Assembly: GCA_013265495.1 (NCBI GenBank) | Contig: MU058835.1 | Location: 1 to 53,577, forward strand | DNA length: 53,577 nucleotides | From: Vicugna vicugna | Lineage: Eukaryota | Reading direction: 5' to 3' | In this document: piece after piece, positions 50,081-53,577 of the stretch | Position numbering within the stretch: the stretch's first letter is position 1 | Layout: every line of letters begins with the position of its first letter | The notes under the pieces: generated by a model | Told to the model about the DNA's origin: nothing | Seen by the model: only the letters and a program-made list of their open reading frames with translations | Database searches by the model: none | Position numbers and translations under genes: made by a program

Positions 50081-50975
50081 TGATATGGTCAGATCCCCAC
50101 CTGTGACAACCATGCAGAGCCAGCAGTGCTCTAAGGAATGCAGAACAAACCAGGGGTGGAGACACATGTGAAACAGGCAGGCGAGGGAGCTGTTGAACGC
50201 CTTCCCAAGACTGGATGAATTCAAGCTAAAATCCACCTCTCTGATTGTGGCAGCCAGCTCTCCTCCCTGGGGCCCGAGGGTTTCAACATCAGAGCCCTCA
50301 GCAGCCACACAGTCAGTCCCACCTCAGGGATGAATTTCTTCAGAAGCTGTAGTTATTAGGCTGAGAGTGGAACCAGGAACCTGACTCCTGGATTTCTGGC
50401 TTGTCCTGGGGTGCTTTTGACCCTCCATCCCCAGAGGCAGACTTCCAGGCCACAAGGGATGTCTCCTCCCCACAGCTTCCAGCCATCTCTAGTCTGGCAG
50501 GAGCTGCCCCAGGCTCTTGGCTTTACTGTTCCTCCCACAGGGCTTCACACGCTGCTGAGCTTGCAGGAAATGTGCTTCCTGAAGCTGGCACGTCCCCATG
50601 CAGGTTGAGAGCTGCAGGCCTCAGCCTGAGGGATGACTCTGCTGGGGTTGACATGTGTCTCAGGAACTCACAGCAGCTTCTCCCTCCTCAGGTAGGCAGT
50701 GACGGGGTGGCTGTGTGGCCCTTTCGACTCCTGCAAGCATCACTCAAAGGAAGTTGATTCTCCTGCAGTGGAAGGCAGGATGAAGAAGGGACTGCAGAGG
50801 GGGTCATGAAGGGTACAGTACCCTCTGGGTGGTGACAGGGGTGCCACAGTCAGGGCAGCAGAAGGCAAAAAGAAGGGCAGCATGTGGCCCCTGGAAAGGG
50901 TGATCCCAATCCCCTCACTGGAGGGCTCAGGCTTATCTGCACAGGGAGGGGGTAGGTGCCAAGAGTGGAGTGTAC

Positions 50976-50977
<2 letters not shown>

Positions 50978-51010
<33 letters not shown>
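50978..51010. repeat. (TG)16 microsatellite
   Basis: Direct inspection. Confidence 0.97.
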
Positions 51011-51012
<2 letters not shown>

Positions 51013-51999
51013 TTTGAGCCCACACCAAGCCTCATGCTGAGACACTGCATTCCTGCTGGCAGGGCTTCCTGCTCGAGATGTCTTCCTGCCCCAGAGTCAC
51101 TATGGAGTCTGCTCAGAATCTAGCGCCATATTCTCCAAATTCAGGACAAGATCTGGCAAAAGTTCCCTCCCTTTACCACCCACCCTTTCACTTTGGAGGG
51201 AAGAAGCCACCTGACTGGCCAGCCCTCTACCCCTACTCTCCAGGGAGGCCCAGGGTGGGATCTGCATGGCTTGTCCTGCCAGATTTGAACAAAGCAGTTT
51301 CCCCAGGCTGGGCACTCTTGGTTTCCCTCTCTGTAGCTGGAAAAAGGCAGTGGGGCTAGGGGTGCTACTGTTCAGGAGGATAGAGTTGGGAGGGGGCAAC
51401 ACAGAGGACCCGAGGCTAGCATGGAAAGGCTTGGCCTGAAAATCAACGTGTTAGAAGATGGCTGGCAATTCAGGCACTTGGCTCATTCTTCCCAAGGCTT
51501 ACTTGTAGGCCTCAGTTTCCCCAACTTACAAAGTTGGAATCTTGCAGTTCCTGACTCTGATTAATGATGGCTCCTGTGTTGGCTCTTGGAGGAAGGGTCG
51601 GAGGGAGCAGGAGATGGGGAAGACTGCTTTTTCCTTCCCAGTTAATAGCCAATTGCTCCTAAAGCCTCCAGCCCCTCCCCCAGAGGCTCAGGTGCAAGTT
51701 TGCATATCCATTAGCTCCCTTATCTCCTCTGAGGAATTTGGGTCCTGCTGGAATTTTTCCAGCCAGGTCACCTTAGAGGCCACCAGCCCATCTGGTCACC
51801 AGGCTGCCTCCCTTTCAGCAGCTGCCAGGGCACACAGCCCCCTTTCAGGGTCTGGGGTGGTGTTATCCCAGGGACCAAAAGACTCTGGGGGTGGGGACAG
51901 GGAAGCCTTGTCACTGCCTCTGGGCTGCTCCCCTGCCCCCCCCCCCGGCTCAATCCCCCAGATTCTGAAGTCCCTCCCAGCTTTCGGGTACCCAAGTGA

Positions 52000-52965
52000 G
52001 GAAGAGATCTGGCCCGGAACACAAGGCGCTCCGCAGTTGTTGGAAAGGATTTCCTGGTGGTGGGAATCACTTCCCCCTCCCATCTCACCAGGTTTCTGAG
52101 AGGCTGAGTGACTTGCCTCAAGGGACACAGCTGGGAGCGCGGGAATACCGAAGTCCAGGTCACCGCTGTTGCCACCTCCAGCACGTGCTGCTCTACTTCC
52201 TTCCGCGCTGCCTTCAGGTCGCTGCCGCCCCCCACCCTCCCCCCCGCCCGGTTTCGTTTTGGCGGCAGAAAGACTGACCAGCTGGGGAACTGAGGGCTGA
52301 GCGTCCCCAGGCGGAGGTCCCCGCTCCTAGGGAGGGGGTGCGAAGTACGGCAGATTGGAGCCCGCCCCTCGTTGGCACTGGGGGCACCCCGAGTCCTCCG
52401 CTCACCTGCGCACCCCTCCCCCGGGCCCGCCCCGCCCCTCCCCGGCTCCGGCTGGGGGTGTCCCGGGGGCCGCGCCGAGCCGGGTCCGGCGCTTGAGCGC
52501 AGCCATCCGCCCGCCTGTCTGGGAGCGGCGCGGGGACGCCGGCCGGGGATCGCCGAGGCCGAGGCGCCCTGTAGGGGCCGGGCTGGGGCCATGCTGGGCC
52601 GGGGGCACGTCTTAGCCCTGGAGCCGCTTGGCGGCAGGGGTGAGTCGCCCACCCCGGGCCCACCGAGTTCTCTTGCCCCAGAGCAGGCTCCCGCGCCCGG
52701 GCCCGGTTCTGTGTTCCCCGCCCCACCCCGCAAAGGCCAGCCCGAGGCTCGAGACCTGACGGCGCCCTCCATCTCCTTCGGAAGGGCCGAGGGATCGCAT
52801 TTTGCACGTTTGGACACTCTTGGCGTTAAACCGGCCATCACCTCCATCCCACTTCCTCTGGGTCCACTTCCCTCTAATTCCACGTCTGGAGGCTTCTCTG
52901 GCCGGCCCCTGCCCCAGCCCCAGCCTGCAGCTGCGAAAGTTTCCTCGGCGGCGGCAGCGGACCCC
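52000..52965. promoter_or_regulatory. CpG island promoter
   Basis: High GC and CpG; tandem GC boxes cccgccccgcccctcccc near 52426-52443. Confidence 0.88.
52490..52639 (+). other. Probable first exon of a plus-strand gene (5' boundary approximate); ATG at 52591 reads MLGRGHVLALEPLGGR into the donor
   Basis: Just downstream of the GC boxes; donor CAGGG|gtgagt at 52640; gccATG context. Confidence 0.55.
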
Positions 52966-53577
52966 TTTCCAAAGGAGCCAGGCAGGGGTGGACATCCTGG
53001 CCCACTCCCCCCAAAGGGGCCTGGAAACTGTCCCGCATGCAGGGTGCCGGTTGGGAGACCAAGACAGCCCTCCATCCTCTGCAGTTTCAGTTTCTGCATC
53101 TTTACAATCAGGGCATCCAGATCTTAGGAGAACCTGGCACAGGCCGGGGGTGGGGGTGTATTATTTTATTTTTTTATCACAGTTAAAGATCTAAATTTTT
53201 TAAAGTTTTATTTTCAATAGGTATAATCATGCTTTGGAGGGTGGGTGTGGGCTAATAAAACTTACAAGTCATTGGTTTATAAGTCAGAAAGCCATTAATT
53301 CACTTGTTTATGCTTTCTTGTTATTAGTATAGTGATGTATTTGACTTAAGATATAGATGTCAAACACCTGGTAAAAGTGCCAACAAGTTCTCCTATAATT
53401 CCCAAATGTGAAATGTGAGTGGATAATCCCAAATGGAATTGGATCATTTTACAGAATATTTCCTACCTTTGGGATATTACCGCCAACTCACTGCATAGTA
53501 CAACACTGCCAACTCACTACAGAGTATAACTTTCTAATGACTATAACTCCCAAAAGTAATATCATCCTTGGGTAAGC

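Noticed and set aside
51768..53099. 443-aa minus-strand ORF and overlapping 251-aa and 197-aa ORFs
   Set aside because: Several frames are open at once across a CpG island; G/P/R/A-rich low complexity; runs through a MIR-like remnant; no recognisable domain.
53482..53533. 26-bp imperfect tandem duplication (similar 25-bp one at 44473-44522)
   Set aside because: Ordinary slippage-type micro-duplications with no further structure.

Overview
Mammalian genomic DNA, most likely camelid (alpaca/llama/camel): it has three copies of a tRNA-derived SINE matching the Camelidae vic-1 family as I recall it, artiodactyl-type L1 3' ends, and no Alu, Bov-A/BovB or PRE-1 that I could see. The window is dominated by interspersed repeats (young and ancient L1, L2, MIR, MLT1 and ERV1-type solo LTRs, MER58A, MER5A) and has two assembly gaps. 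I cannot confidently identify any protein-coding gene; the long ORFs are L1 ORF2 remnants or stop-poor reading frames in GC-rich DNA. Two CpG islands look like promoters: ~21.9-22.8 kb (probably firing leftward) and ~52.0-53.0 kb (plus-strand first exon with a strong GTGAGT donor). The most unusual item is a third CpG-rich block (38632-39541). It is an L1-mobilised copy of what appears to be the unspliced 5' end of another gene's transcript, with a target-site duplication, A-rich tail, promoter motifs and a retained intron. Also notable are a 297-bp tandem duplication that doubles a consensus CTCF site, a twin-primed inverted L1 nested in an older L1, and chains of phase-compatible exon-like segments on both strands that remain speculative. 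Repeat family names and most repeat boundaries are approximate, from motif recognition without a database search.
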